DNA from: Eledone cirrhosa
Taxonomy: Eukaryota
Length of the DNA: 64,000 nt
NCBI GenBank assembly: GCA_964016885.1
Contig: OZ024742.1
Location: forward strand, 103,602,001 to 103,666,000
Reading direction: 5' to 3'
Shown piece after piece: positions 27,320 through 43,858 of the stretch. Within the stretch, counting starts at the first letter, position 1. Each line of letters begins with the position of its first letter. Position numbers and translations under genes: made by a program. The notes below the pieces were generated by a model. That model was given only the letters and a program-made list of their open reading frames with translations, ran no database searches and was not told where the DNA came from.

Positions 27320-28430
27320 GTTCTCTAGCAGAGAAGGTATTCTCTGGCTGACACGTGTGTGCCGGGTTGCCTGTGTTTCTGGAAAGGCACCTAAGCAATG
27401 TCAATCAGGAGTGATCATCCCAATTTTCAAAAAGGGAGACAAGAAAGATTGTTCCTATTACAGATGGATCTCCTGCTTAAGCCTCCCCGGTAAAGTCTAT
27501 GCTAAGTGTCTAACAAAGAGATGCAGGGAGATCGTTGAGTCGAAGCAAACTGATAAACAGTGCAGTTTTCACCAGCAACGCAGCAGAGCCGACCAAATAT
27601 TCATACTGCGGTAGATATTCGAGAAATCGTGGGAGTATTGCCAAGAGGTATATTCTTGTTTTGTAGACCTCGAAAAGGCATATGACCGCGTTCCTTGGGA
27701 CCTGCTGTGGAAGGCTCTGCAGGAGTATGAGATGGATTGTCAGCTTCGTGTTGCATTGTACGAATGCTCGGGTATTTGTGTTCGGATAAATGGTGCTAAA
27801 TTGAAACCATTCAATGTGGGAGTCTGACTCCACAACGGGTGCATACTGTCACCTCTCTTGTTCATTATTTTCATGAACGGAGTTGACATGCGCAGCCGGG
27901 TTGTAAGTGGCATCACGACTAACAGGTGTAAAATCTGTCGGCTGGAATTTACAGATGACATAGTGTTACTTAACTCGCCATAAGATGATCTCCGACTTGC
28001 ACTTGATAAGTTTGATGTCAAGTGCTGCATGTCTGGAATGAAAATCAGTGCTGCGTAAACTGAGACACTCCTTCACTCAAGAGTGCCCACGCAGTGCACT
28101 CTACATGTGAATGCAGTTCCACTGAAGCGGGTGGAGAAATTCAAGTATCCCGGGGGCCGTGGTCAAGAGTGGAAGGCAAGGGGCTGAATTAAGCGCAAAC
28201 ATCGCAGGAACTTGTGCACTAATGCGCTAGCTTCAGCATTCGGTAATCAGAAAGGGGGTAGGTGTCAAAGCCAAACCCGCTATCTTCAATTCGGTATTCT
28301 CGCCAACCCTTACCTATGGTCATGAATCTTGTGTAATGACCGAAAGAATACGATGGCGAATACAAGCGGCCGAAATGAGGTTCCTCCGAAAAGACTTTCA
28401 AGTAACGTTACTCGATAGAAGGCACTACAC
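27320..28430 (+). mobile_element. RTE-like LINE 3' half (RT), degenerate
   Basis: IIPIFKKGDKKDC, SLPGKVYAK, FVDLEKAYDRV, GCILSPLLF and FTDD motifs. Confidence 0.88.
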
Positions 28431-28899
28431 TATTTTGAACATAAACAAGGGATTTACTAATATAACTAACTTTCTTATTATTTTATTTGTGTTTGGAACA
28501 TAATTGAACAAAACTTCTAACATAAAATTATGATGGAAAGTTTTTTTTTTAGATAACTGTAAGATAAACAGCTTAGTAAAGTTGAACGAGGTTCGGTTTC
28601 AGGCAGTTTAGTATTAAAGGGTTAAACAGGGTCACGTATTAAGTCCGATTTTGATTAAATTATTTCTGTTAAATTAATCATGCACGTTATATTCACCCCA
28701 GGCACAAGGGATCTCCATTAAATTTTAACAATTTTTTATGTTTGTTTTGCACATAATAAACATTTATTTTGAAATATCAAAAATGGAAATATAATAAAAA
28801 TTAAAAACTTTTGACTTTTTCATATATGAAATGGCACTTTATAATGATTATTGTGGGAGTGCAATTAATTGACTATGATTGGTGAAAAGATGCTTATAA

Positions 28900-29915
28900 A
28901 GAAGAGTACATAAGGCGACACTCATTTCCTTGAATGTCCTCAGGTCGCTCGTTAAGAGGAATAAAAAGGGGGAACAATAAAGAAACAGAGAAATAAACAA
29001 GTAGATAGATAGATAGTTTGATAAATAGATATATTTCTTTATTTGCCACAGGGATGTACAAAAATGGGACATTACAAGACGTGGCGGCGGGGGTTTTACA
29101 TAAAACCTTTAACAACAATAACAATGGATAACAATAGAATATATACAAAATAAAACAATCGAAATCCCCAATAAGAGGGAACGTTACTGCGGGGTTGTTT
29201 TACACCCGTTGGATAGAACAACCCTCAACACCAGGAACACGTTTTGTAGATGTTCCCGTCTTCCCTCTGTTTGTCTTCTTCAACCTACAGGTTTATATAC
29301 AGAGAAGGCCCATTCACTCGGGCCATTTTCGCCAGTTTGATAGATAGATTTCTTTATTTGCCACAAGGGCGCACAAGAAAACGTGACAATACAAAGACAT
29401 GCCGGGGATTTTACATACAGTCGTGTAAAAAATATACAACAATCGAAATCCCCAATAGGGGGGAAGCGTCACAAATGGGTTGTTTAATACCCCGTCGATA
29501 GAACAACCCTCAACTCCTTTCTTCCTTTTGCTCTCTTCTTCAACCCACAGGCTTATAAACAGAGAAGGCCCAATCACTCGGGCCATTTTCGCTTCATTCA
29601 CCCACCTTTCAGTAAATTTACTGGGGTGCAGTGCCTCTCTCTCCACTCTGATTCTCCTTCTAAAGTGATACTTAAAGAAGGGAATCAATTGTTGTCCGGA
29701 GAGAAAGGCATCTGTCCTCAGTCCTCTCAATCTCGTCCACCATATAACCTCTTTCACCATAGCCACCGTACAGAGGAAAACCGCCTCTCTTTCGTTTTTG
29801 AAAGAGGCTGGCGTTTTGATCCTTACTATGGACTTGGCAGTCAACTGGATTTGTCCCATACGCGAATAGATAGATTGACAGACAGACAGACAGGCAGACA
29901 GATAGACACACAGAC

Positions 29916-29972
<57 letters not shown>

Positions 29973-30340
29973 TGTTTCTTTATTAGCCACAGGGGCACAA
30001 AAGAAGGGGACAAATACAAAGGGGGAAGTTTACATACAATAAAAACGTGTAAAATGTTATCACAAATGCAATTTAAAAAGTTAGTCGATTTTCCCCAATA
30101 GGGGGAGACAGTTCATATGGGTAACACATACCCCCGAAAAAATGTGCAACCCTCAACTCCAGGAGTACGAAGAGTTTGTACTCCTTTCCTCTCCTCCTCC
30201 TTTTCCTCAACCTACAGGCTGATATAGAGAGAAGGCCCATTCACTCGGGCCATTCTCGCCACTTTCACCCACCTTTCATAAAACTTGCTGGGGTACAGCA
30301 CCTCTCTCTCCATCCTGATTCTTCTTCCAAAGTGGTATAG
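28900..30340 (-). mobile_element. Stack of L1/Tx1-like LINE 3' ends separated by (GATA)n
   Basis: Repeated 3' terminus ...GGC(A/T)AATAAAGAAA(TCTA)n. C-terminal ORF2-like peptide KEVIWWTR...RRRIRVERE...FTERW in several copies. Confidence 0.75.
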
Positions 30341-31319
30341 ATAGATAGATAGATAAAGATAAGTAATATAGAAGAAAAGAGGGGCATTAAGGATGTAATT
30401 ATTCAAAATTCCATGTTATTATATGAGTTTTGGCTCTCTTCCATTTTAGCACAATTATGTAATTTCAATGATCATTCTTCTACATCTTTCAAATCTATAA
30501 TTCTTTTATAATAACAATGCTCTTTATATGAAAAAGAACATTCTAGAAAAAATTCTAAAATTAGCCGGATGTTAAATTAATACGGACGGCTGTTTCAAAC
30601 ACTTTGATTTGGAGACTTCCGTTAGATTTTCATGACAGAAAAATAAATAAAATCCATAAATTTGAAAATGTAGTAGCCACAATGCAGATAACTATAATAA
30701 TTATAGAATATCTGCATTATGATGACTATATTTTTAAATTTCAAACAACTCGAAGCTGTGTATAAAATCTAAAATTTCATAAATTGTATTTTGGTTAAGT
30801 TTTATGACTTTCAGATTCACTTTTATTTAGATATTTGTTGATTTTTTTTTCTGCCTGTCTAAATTTGAAGTATTATCCGTTTTTGTTGTTTTCTGTTTAA
30901 GAAATGTTTCGGTGCGCATGCTAATGTAATAGATAGTTGAATGGAGGGTTGTAGCAGTAATTTGATACTCTCTTCAATAGAGTTCCATTCGCAATATGAA
31001 GCGGCCACCTTTCGTGGCCTCATAGATAAATTTCTGTTGTTGATCGTTTTATTTTTATGCCTACGATTTTGACATGGAAATCGCCATCTGTCTATTCTCG
31101 TGTTCTGGAGACAGAATGGGTGATAGTGATAAATAGCCAGCTTGTAGAGTCAAAGTAAGGAGTTGCAGAAAGGATTTCGACCAGTTAAAATATACTAAAA
31201 AAAAATCTCACACGTGCTTTTTTTTTTTTACCTTATTGCATGTATATTGAATAGTTTTTATCACATTTTCTGTATAGCTGTAGTCTGAATTAGGGCGTGT
31301 ATGTACCTGTGAGGCTGAG

Positions 31320-31393
<74 letters not shown>

Positions 31394-31589
31394 GCTAAAG
31401 ATGTGAGCGAGGAATTAGAGAGGGTAGCTGGTTGTTTCAGCGCCTTAGTCTCGTCATCACCCGCGGTAATGCTGCGAGCGTGTTGTTTTTCCTCAAAATA
31501 TTCCGTTGTCTCCTGTGGTGTGCGGCCAATTGTCGCACTCGGTGGTGAATTGATGGTGGTTTTTGTTTGTTTTTCTCTCTCGCTTTGAT

Positions 31590-32312
31590 AATACATCCAT
31601 TCTTGTGTCATTTGAGCCTTGTGTGATGGTGCAGAATCTTGTTGAAAGACATAATGCCTTCCATTGCATACACTGTTGATCCAAGGCTTAACAACTTTAT
31701 CCAGAACCTCAATATACGCAGCAGCATTCCCCCTAAGGCCTTGTGGAAAAAGTGAGGAGGCATCACATGTCCTTCATTGCTAACAATACCCAAAACCATG
31801 ACACTTGCATGAAATGTTGTGTGCATTATTCTTGTAACCTCAGAAGGGTCTGCACAGAGCCACCTGTCATTTCTTCTGTTAGTTTTCTGGTCCTGGTCAA
31901 AGTTTTTCTCATCTGAGAAAAACCAAATCACACCATCTTCTGATGGATTTTTAAGTTTGTTCAAAAGTCATTTGGATCTGATTAAACGGTTTTCTTTTTT
32001 TTTTTTTTCTGACATGAATTGACCTCTCCTCATCACGTAAAATTTGTATCTGATGTCTTCATGCACAACATTTCTTTCTCTAACTCACACCGAATCTTGT
32101 GGATAAAAGATCTTGCAACTTTCAGACAACGAGAAATTTCTAAATCCCCATGCTTAGCCTTCAAAGCCACAATCACAGCATGCCTTTTCATTTCATTAGT
32201 AAGCATAGTTATTTTCATTGTTATTTTCTGAAATAGAAGTTCAATAAAAATTAGTCAAATAAAATAATGACTAAAAATGCATGTGTCTTCAAATACCGTC
32301 CGCACCCTTTAT
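31590..32312 (-). mobile_element. Truncated Tc1/mariner (maT-like) transposase
   Basis: WFFSDEKNF...NRRNDRW, SVMVLGIVSNEG and FQQDSAPSH motifs, with frameshifts. Confidence 0.85.
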
Positions 32313-32719
32313 ATTTGTGAGGTTCCTAGCAATAATTAATTGTATTTATTATATGCGCTTATATTTGTGTTTATATTTTCATTCTGTAAGAATTATAAAT
32401 GTTATTTATATAACTTGGAATAAAATAGTCTTTGGCAGAAGAAAAAAAAAGAAATCATTAATTAATACTTACACACACAAATAACTGGCCATAACAGTCC
32501 TCTGTATAATAGTCCTCTGTATTATCATATCGTAATCCGATACCGCACCCCCGAACAAGTGTTACGTGACCATGCATGCATGTTACAGCTTAATGATTAG
32601 AGTATTTGGCTGACGATCATAAGGTCATAACTTCAATTCCTGGTGGTGCATTGTGTCCTTGAGCAAAACATTTTATTTCACATTGCTCCAGTTCACTCAG
32701 TAGGCAAAAAGAAGCTGTA

Positions 32720-35700
32720 CCTGGTTCTTTGGATTTCAGATTATACTGAGAGTGATAAGGAAGTGTTTGTGCAACTTTTTCGTCTTGCTCTTGCTCGATG
32801 AGACTGGGGCCATCCTAGGTATGTGATCCCAGATGCAACATCATGCTTGGAAACAACAACTCAGAGCTACTGCTGAAAACAAAGTATAACTCTACAACGT
32901 ATAAACGGCAAATGCTGAATAAGTTATTTGCCAGAAAGGTTCAATCTTTGTAAAAGCCATCCCGACAAAAGATCAGATTATGAGCTAATGGAGCGCTGTA
33001 TGGGAGACAAATGGTAAATTCAACAAACAAGCTGTTTTGCTAAAGGAATAGGACGTGACTACTGCCAGTATCTCCAGCAAAAGCAACATGAAAGAGACGG
33101 AACAATATTGGAAACAGCCCTACGTAAAATTTCAACCACGAAATTCTCAGGCCCAAATCAACCCAGACCTCATAACAGGTTGCTTTTATCGGCGAGATCT
33201 CACCACGGTTGTATGGAGAAAGGGCACACAAAGTCTTCCCCAATGGTTATCAACTGCAACTACTCTCCTCGTCTCTAAAATAACCAAAACACCCGTGCTA
33301 AAAATTACGGCATAATAGTGTCAGAACTCAAGTACAGAGGGTGATTCAATCTGTCCTTACAGGATCGTTGTGTCACCAAGAAGGGGATGTGGGGTTGTAT
33401 AGAATAGCTACTAATTAATAAAATAATCTAAGAAAAACTGGTAGTCCTGTAGCGAAATCTGTCCACGCCTTGAACCATGGGTGAAACCTAAAAGTCAAAT
33501 TCTAGGTCACCATCCTTTTCGGTGTGGACAGGTTCATGCGTGGCGATCCCTCGAGGCAGGGAGACAGAAAGCGACTGGTATATAAAGCCTATATTTTCCC
33601 ACGTTTTAGACAGAGAGATCGGAGCACCACGATACAGACAAGCTATGTGAAAGATTCACGGCTACCTTCAAGCCACCGAGGTCTACAGACAACCACAGAC
33701 CAGTACTCTCTCTCTCTCCTGGTCTCAGACTACACCAGCCTCATGAACCAACAACAAAATAACATCGTCAACCTTCGCGACTCGTGGTAACTTGTTTATT
33801 GTTCTTTTTGACTGAAGTGAAGTAAATCATTTTATATATAAAGTAAATCAACTATTTGTCGTTCTTACATCTAACAATCACCACCACTAATCACCTTCGT
33901 TACATTGGTGACCCCGACGTGATAAAAAAAAATACGAAGTTGAGTTTAAAAAAAAGAAAACAACACGCATTCTTCTGATCATGGCTTCTATTGCCAACAT
34001 CAACAACTTTCTCAACAACAGCTTTCTCAGAAATATATAATTACCAAGCTCTCGTCTATATGGTACGATATGATAAAACTTCACTTTTTCAAATTATTCA
34101 CCAAACTTCCATTCTACGGAATATTTACAGTGACTTCGCTTTGATGTTTCGATTCATTACCAAACACTTCACCACGTGCTTCGTAATCTCCAACAACAAC
34201 AAACAATACTATTAGCTTCCTAGCAAGAAAACGATCACATAAAGAAGAGAAAACTGAACTTTTTGTAAAGAACAATTATATAAATATTTTTTTTTTATTT
34301 TTTTTTTACAGGTTATATATGAACGTTCATTTTTATTTTTCTATTTTTTTTTTCTGTATTATATGCCTGTATGAACATACACGCTTTGCATCAAACACAC
34401 ATGATTTTCTTTGTCACACACCAACATGTTTTTGTCTATGATATGTTCTGGATTCGGTTGGGTTTCTGCAAGATCACTTTTCAACTGGTCGAGGTTCGGA
34501 AACAGCTATTAAACACATGAGAAACAACCTACGGGAACTACACGCCTGGACTCACTCAGGCACGCAACTCAAAATTACACACACTCATGTCATAGCGTAA
34601 ACCTCGACTCACTGGAAAAGCATCTTACGTATGATGATACATCGAGAGAAATAGTCCTCTGTATTATCATATCGTAATCCGATACCGCACCCCCGAACAT
34701 TCAGCCATCCATACACAACAGTTCGAAATACATGATCACAACTTTGTATATTTACAGTTTCTTCTAAATGTTACACACACACATGCATACACAGTTATAC
34801 GATATTATTATTTTTTCTCTCTCTCTCTCCAAATTTCTCTGCACTCGAAATGCGGGCGCAGTACCCACATTTTGTGTGCTTTGGGACACGCTTCTGGAAT
34901 CAGATTTCGCTACCCCTTTTATAATTGATCGCTGCTCCTGCATCGATCTGGGTAGGGAACTAATGTAGCGAAATCTGCCCACGCCTTGAACTCTGGGTGA
35001 AACCTAAAAGTCAAATTCTAGGTCACCATCCTTTTCAGTGTGGACAGGTTCATGCGTGGCGATCCCTCGAGGCAGGGAGACAGAAAGCGACAGGTATAAA
35101 AAGCCTATATTTTCCCACGTTTTAGACAGAGAGATCGGAGCACCACGATATAGACAAGCTATGTGAAAGATTCACCGCTACCCTCAGGCCGCCGAGGTCT
35201 ACAGACAACCACAGACCATTACTCTCTCTCTCTCCTGGTCTCAGACTACACCAGCCTCATGAACCAACAACAAAATAACATCGTCAACCTTCGCGACTCG
35301 TGGTAACTTGTTTATTGTTCTTTTCGACTGAAGTGAAGTAAATCATTTTATATATAAAGTAAATCAACTATTTGTTGTTCTTACGTCTAATAATCACTAT
35401 TAATACCCTTCGTCCAACCACACTACTTGAGACGAAAACACAGACCATAGGGGAGATAAACCATACTAAATGCCTGACATAGAGTTTTGATAAGTTTAAT
35501 ACATTCCACCTTGAAGGATATATCCATACAATCCAGGAACAAGAAATGCCCACCAAGTACCTACTCCACAAAAGAGGAAGGTCATAAATGTAGGCTGTGC
35601 AAAACAAAGATTGAAGATGTTAGCCACATTATTGCCACATGTGAAAGAACGTCTTCTCGTTACTACCTTACCGTGAGGTTTGATGTGATAGCTAGAACAA

Positions 35701-36090
35701 TCTGGAATGCACTGTGGAATAAAAACAAAAAAATAAAATAGTAAGGAATATGTTGAGACTAATGGCTCAAAGGAATACTGGTGGAACTTAAAAATAAAAA
35801 CAGCCACCAAATTAAAGCACAACCGGTCTGATATTGTTTGGAACCACACATTAAAATATGCTCTGTTGTCGAAGTCAGCTGCGCACTTGTTGTCAATGTG
35901 GTAAGAAAAATGCAAAAGAAGGAAGTTATCTTCAGACCATTCATGAGGAGTTTGCAGATCCAGTACCCAAGATACACGTTCAGCTTTATACCCGTGATTA
36001 TTGGAGCTACAAGCTATATACCAACCCGCCTGGACCAAAGTATAAATTTGGATTTGTGGAGAAAAATGTCGCTCCTTAATCCATAAATGC
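32720..36090 (+). mobile_element. Degenerate R4/Dong-like RLE LINE split by an LTR element
   Basis: RT-proximal remnants at 32720-33447 (PQWLSTATTLL). CCHC finger KCRLCKTKIEDVSHIIATC plus NRSDI endonuclease region at 35420-36090. Confidence 0.7.
33448..35413 (+). mobile_element. Internally deleted LTR retrotransposon (Gypsy-like): 457-bp LTR, PBS-Trp, ~1.05-kb decayed interior, second LTR
   Basis: LTR1 TGTAGC...TTACA at 33448-33904. PBS TGGTGACCCCGACGTGAT at 33906-33923 is complementary to the tRNA-Trp 3' end. Purine tract before LTR2 (34964-35413). Probable GTCC TSD. Confidence 0.9.
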
Positions 36091-36099
36091 ATGCTGCAA

Positions 36100-36513
36100 C
36101 GCGGCGGCCGTAGTCGGAAGTCGCATCCGCTCGAGCAACATGGTCTCCATCAAAACATAAAATTCATTGTGAAGTTAGGGTGGAAGAGCAGCCAAAAAAT
36201 CATTGATTCTCTTGAGCAAGTTTATGGGGACAATTCCTCAAAGAAATCAACAACCTATAAATGGATAAGTCATTTTAGAAGTGAAAGCGATGAGGTTGAA
36301 GATGATCCCTAGTTGAAGGTGTAAAAGAAAGCTGCTTTGACTTGGTTTAAATCGCATGGCCCTCAGTTTTACACAGATGAACTTAAAGGCTGGTATCAAC
36401 GCTTGCAGAAGTGTATTGACCTAGATGGAACACATGTTGAAAAATAAACATCATAATTTAAACCGTTTTTTTTCAACAGTCCCTTTTCCACGAATTTTTT
36501 GAAGCACCCTCGT
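36100..36513 (+). mobile_element. Internally deleted mariner
   Basis: N-terminal IKFIVKLG...EQVYGD...YKW fused to C-terminal QKCIDLDGTHVEK*. Terminal ...GAAGCACCCTCG|TA. Confidence 0.85.
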
Positions 36514-37769
36514 ACATACATACATACATACATACATACATACATACATACATACATACATACATACATACATACATACATACATACATACATACATACA
36601 TACGTCATACTCCAGTTAGGTCGGCCGTTGCTCTTAATATCGTATGTTAGTTCTAGGAATAATGCCGGGTGTATCGTTGTATCGGTACCAAAAATACGAA
36701 ATAATGCCATATCAAATTACCCAAGTGGAACAATGGGAAAAAAACGATATATATATATGTGTGTGTGTGTGCAGACAACGACGATGACGACAATGATGAT
36801 GATGGTGATGATGATGATGATGAAATTTCTTTATTTGTGACCAGGATACAAAAAAAAAGACGACAGAATAAAATGAATAAAAAAAAGAGAAAGAGAGAAT
36901 AAAAAAAAGCAAAAGAAAGAATATATATGCAGAAATATTATAAAACTATATCGCTCGTACATAAACTTTTAAATGTGACAGCTGCGCGGCAAGCCATGTA
37001 TATTTGGTGTGTTGCTCCGCTTAAAATAAATTCCTTATTTCCCATTCTTTATGAGTGTGTTAAAGGGAGAAGCCGGGGTGGTTTCACTCGAAGCAAATTC
37101 TAACGATTACAACAAACAAATAAAACAAAGCGAAGTTTCTTTGCAACTATATTCCACATGGCGCCATCATATCCTCAACTCCTTATCCTTGGTATGTCTG
37201 TTTAAATTATGGCTTATATAAGAAAAGTAACGATGCAGAGCAAGTCGTGACCCTGATTTTGGCTTAGGTAGTCGTATGACTATATTTTAAAACATTCGCT
37301 GGTCATGGGCAAACTGAAAATGCGATCTATTTCCTTTTTGGCCAACTGAATTGAAAGTTTCCTTTTACAGGCTAACGAAGGAACCTTAATGTGCTTGCTA
37401 GATCTATTAGAAATAGCAATCCAATCACCTTTGAAACCCATACTGTCGTCTTTAAAAATGATGGGTTGATCGTGCCTGGAGCATCTTTGATCATAGGTTA
37501 GCTCAATAAGGACTGATTTTGGATTAAACAAAAACCAACAACCTTTATCTCTGTTCATAAAAAATATTTTGAATAGCTAACAGGCAAATGGGATATTCAT
37601 GATAATCTAATCATAGGCTCTCAACTCCTGATGGAACCGTAAGGGCACCTTTGTGCCATGCTGTGCACCAGCCTTCTCCATTTGTCGCAGTCACATCTGT
37701 GGCAGCAGTAAAGTTGATTGTTTGTTGTCACCAAATGTGGTTTGTATTAGTGATTTAGTTAGCGTAGAT

Positions 37770-40112
<2,343 letters not shown>

Positions 40113-41229
40113 GTGTAGATACTAGATCAAAGTATGTGTAAAAGGTGATGCTTGGTCAGTTGCTCATTGTAGTGCGGCAGAAATGTGTGGTAGTAATTGT
40201 GGGCTTGGTGGGTGATTCTCTGAGTTGCTCTCTTATATAACGCGATGTGTGAATGTTTGTGACTTATGGCAAATGAATTGATGTGTCTAGATGTGTATTT
40301 GTAGTCATAGCTAGTAGGTGAAATTTGAAGGTTGAATGTGAAGTTGCCATTAGCAGTATTCAATGAACAATAAGAAACACCGTTATTTTAATAATTTGTT
40401 TATTAAGAAATAACTTATGTCGAAGTTATTTTAACAACACAGGAAAACAACAAAGACTCAAAGTGTAAGTGTGTGTTATGTTTGTGTGTTTGGTTTTGAG
40501 TGAATGCTGCAGTAAAAAGATGCATGAAACTAATCTTTATTGAAATTGAACTGGAATATGACTGTCTCGGCTCACTGGCCGAAAGGGCCGAAATTAGTAT
40601 CTGTTGACAACTACATTGTTTTGGTCGTTGGAACGAACTGAACTGGACTGATTACTGGACAGCTGAGAGCAGACTATTTATGAGAATTCCGTTGTTGCCA
40701 ATAAGTAGATGCCCCCCCCCCCCCCTCCTCCTCCCGAAAATTGTATTCTTCTAGATAGTTTGACGACATGAGTCCCCAAAACAAAAGAAGTAAATCATGC
40801 TGGGTACAGAATAAATCGCTTATCTATGAGATCAAAGATCCGTGTCTGTGGTCGTATGATTTGTTTTGCCAACCTGAGGAACAATAGTTCAAATTTCGCT
40901 ACATAAGATTTCGCTACACATCTGCTAGATCTCAACTCTTTGTTAATGATTTGCCTGTTCTCTTTTTAACGCTGTCTATCCTATGAAAACGATCAAACAA
41001 TAGTGAAGAAAATAAAGCTGAGATGGTGTGGTCATGTAACAAAATCCAGTGGCCTTGCAAAGCCATTCTACTGAGGATGAGGAAAAGAAATGTTTAGCCA
41101 TTGTTTTAATATTGTGTAAAACGAAACAAACGTATAAAATAAAAATTTATACATAAACTTGATAAAATCCGAAACGAAAAAAAAATTTTTTACTTACAAA
41201 TAAATTGTTACATTTGAAGCTTGATCTAT

Positions 41230-42500
41230 TCATTTAAAAATGAAATCCATTCTTCTTGTTTTACTTTGAGCGAAGAGGTTAATAATTTTCTCCTGGATCC
41301 CTGGATGACTGTTGAGGAAATGTTTCCCCATTGAAAGCACAGCAAGAGTATTTAGACTTTCAGGAGTCATAGTGCTCCTTGGAAAAGTTTTTATACTTTT
41401 CAGTGTTGAAAAGCAGCTTTCTGGCTCTGATGTAGTCATGGAAATTGTCAAGAGGATTTTTATCAGTTTCGTTATTTCGCTAAGAACACCATCTAGATTA
41501 TTTTCCAAGATAAATTTCAGCAGCTCAATTAAATTGCAATATTCATGCATATGGGATTGACAATAGGATACATTTAGTTCAGTTTCAAGCTTTTCTTTGC
41601 GGATCATGGGATATGCCTTCAGTGGTCCGTACTATTTCTTCTGTAGGCAGTTCATTCTTAAAACTAGGGAAGTTTTTTCTTGTTGAACAATTTAGCAGCT
41701 ATTAAGTGTTTAGTGGAAGAATATCTGCTCATTATATCAACACATATGCAGTTACACACTTCCTTTGCTTATGCCATGAGTGTTTTTAAAGGATTCTCAC
41801 AGTACTTTGAGTTTCTTATTTCTAAAATAGCAGTTTTGAAATCTATTATATATTCATTGACTTTAAACACACTAATCTTTTGAGATTGCATTTGGTTGTA
41901 AATTATTTCAACATGAGGCATAATCTGATGGGGCATAATCTGCTTCTTGAGAATGGACACCTGTGGTGATCTTGAGAAGAATGTTGGAATAGCCAAAATG
42001 TTATAGAAAAATATTCTTACGTTCCGAGTAATACTTGCTGCATAAAATTTCACGGTTCCTTTTAATCTTTATGTTATGCTCATTGATTGAAAGTCTGTAT
42101 GCCTCATTAATTTCTCCTTAATATTTACGTTTCCTAAAAGTGATAGAGAAACCACATTTTCAACATGCTTCTTTGACTTCTCATGATTTTCTTTCGTTTT
42201 GTTTATATTTCTAAAACCGTCTTTTGTCCACGTTTCAACACCACCAAAGATGAAAGACTGGAAGCAAAACATTTTTCACTTCACAGCCGCAGAACCAACT
42301 TTTCCGTTGGTACCATTCAGAATTAAAGCTACGAATATACCTCTTGTTGCTTATTCCTGGCTGAGATATTTCAATATCAGGTGTTGAATGGCCTCCTTTC
42401 TTAACTGTAACTTTCTTATGGAGACACAAATGTGAAAACTTTAAGCTGTTGAAGTTCACTTACTGTCACAGAATTTATTTCTTGTGGGTGCAAGGAGGTC
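41230..42500 (-). mobile_element. Degenerate hAT transposase (ZMYM1/TTF-zinc-finger type)
   Basis: RSFNSEWY...W...C...WTKDGF...HEKSKKH zinc finger. C-terminal dimerisation motif LLTISMTTSEPESCFSTLKSIKTFPRSTM. Possible terminus CAGTGGCAGCTCGTG at about 43733 is not confirmed. Confidence 0.85.
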
Positions 42501-43858
42501 ATGGTTAAATTATTTAAATTTTCTGTATAATAAAACAACCGAAAACAAAAATATAAATCAAATAGAATAGTTGGAAGCATGATAATTATCTACAGTTTAT
42601 CACATTCAAGAATATGGGACACGGTTTTTAAGCACAACTACGCTGAGTCAAAAATAAACACTACCTTACACTCGGACAACAGGGTCGATACTGCGTGAAC
42701 AACAATACTTTCTCTAACCTGCGTTCAGCTTCTTTACTCTGACATGTGCGCATGCGCACAACAGCCAAACACCGCATCGCTGGAACTGTGAAACACACAG
42801 TTCCGGTATTTTTGTAATTTTTCATGAACGAGGTGTTGGCTACTGACATTAAGCTTAAGGATTATAATGGAATACTTCTATGTTTTACCAGCGAAGATTC
42901 AAAACCGAATCTGAGGTTTCTCGCCTCTGGGACTATCTATCGTTGGAGGTTCCCACCATTCTCTTGTCAAAGACAACGATGATAAAGGTACATACCACTT
43001 GACCTGTGACCCCAGCTTCTTGGGGGACAATATCCTCATGGCTGATCATAAATCAACCTCATATATACATCCTTCTAACTTTAGCACCAATTATAAATAC
43101 AACGACTTAGGAAACCCAAGGACAGACCCGAAGCAACAGTCAGCTAGTGATAACGATGTAGGCATCAGCAGACCTTTTACCATTGCTCTCTCCTGGCCCT
43201 TACTGGCTCTCACATTATCATCCACAGACACAGCCAGCCATGCCTGCCTGACAGATTGACCACTACTACGACGACAATAATGTATTCTAAGAATAGACAC
43301 ACACACACACACACACACAGTAAGTTCATATTGTTTACATTCTACGCTCATTCTATTCTTCTTGTCATATTGTATCTGTAAGATACAACACAACTTTTAC
43401 TATATCGTTTTCTGTGATACATGCATTTACGCTAGTCGTAGAAGCTAGTCAGCTACTTAATGTAGGGATAATTCATGTCATAAATATTATTACTCGATGT
43501 TCAAAACGAATATTGTTATTATAAAATAAACATTGTTAACACAATCATGGCATTATTCTTTTCATCAAACACCCATCAAAGAATATCAATTAGCCACTAC
43601 AGGATTATATAATGTACAGGTATAAAGAAAGAGTTAAAGAAAAAAAGACTCATTATATTGAATGTTATCAATAATATCGAGTGGAAATAGGGGGTGCTGC
43701 AATTCTGCAGTGCCTAATCACGAGCTGCCACTGGCTAGCATGTTACCCTTTGTTCTATTCAGGGACTGCCTATGATAAAATAATGATAGAGCTCTTCTTT
43801 TTTTTCTGTGTTACTCCCTTGTAAAGAGTGGGTGTGTATATGTGTGAGTGAGCAATAG

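Noticed and set aside
40570-40600. GGCCGAAAGGGCCGAAA resembling hammerhead stem II plus GAAA
   Set aside because: No CUGANGA upstream and no stems I or III.
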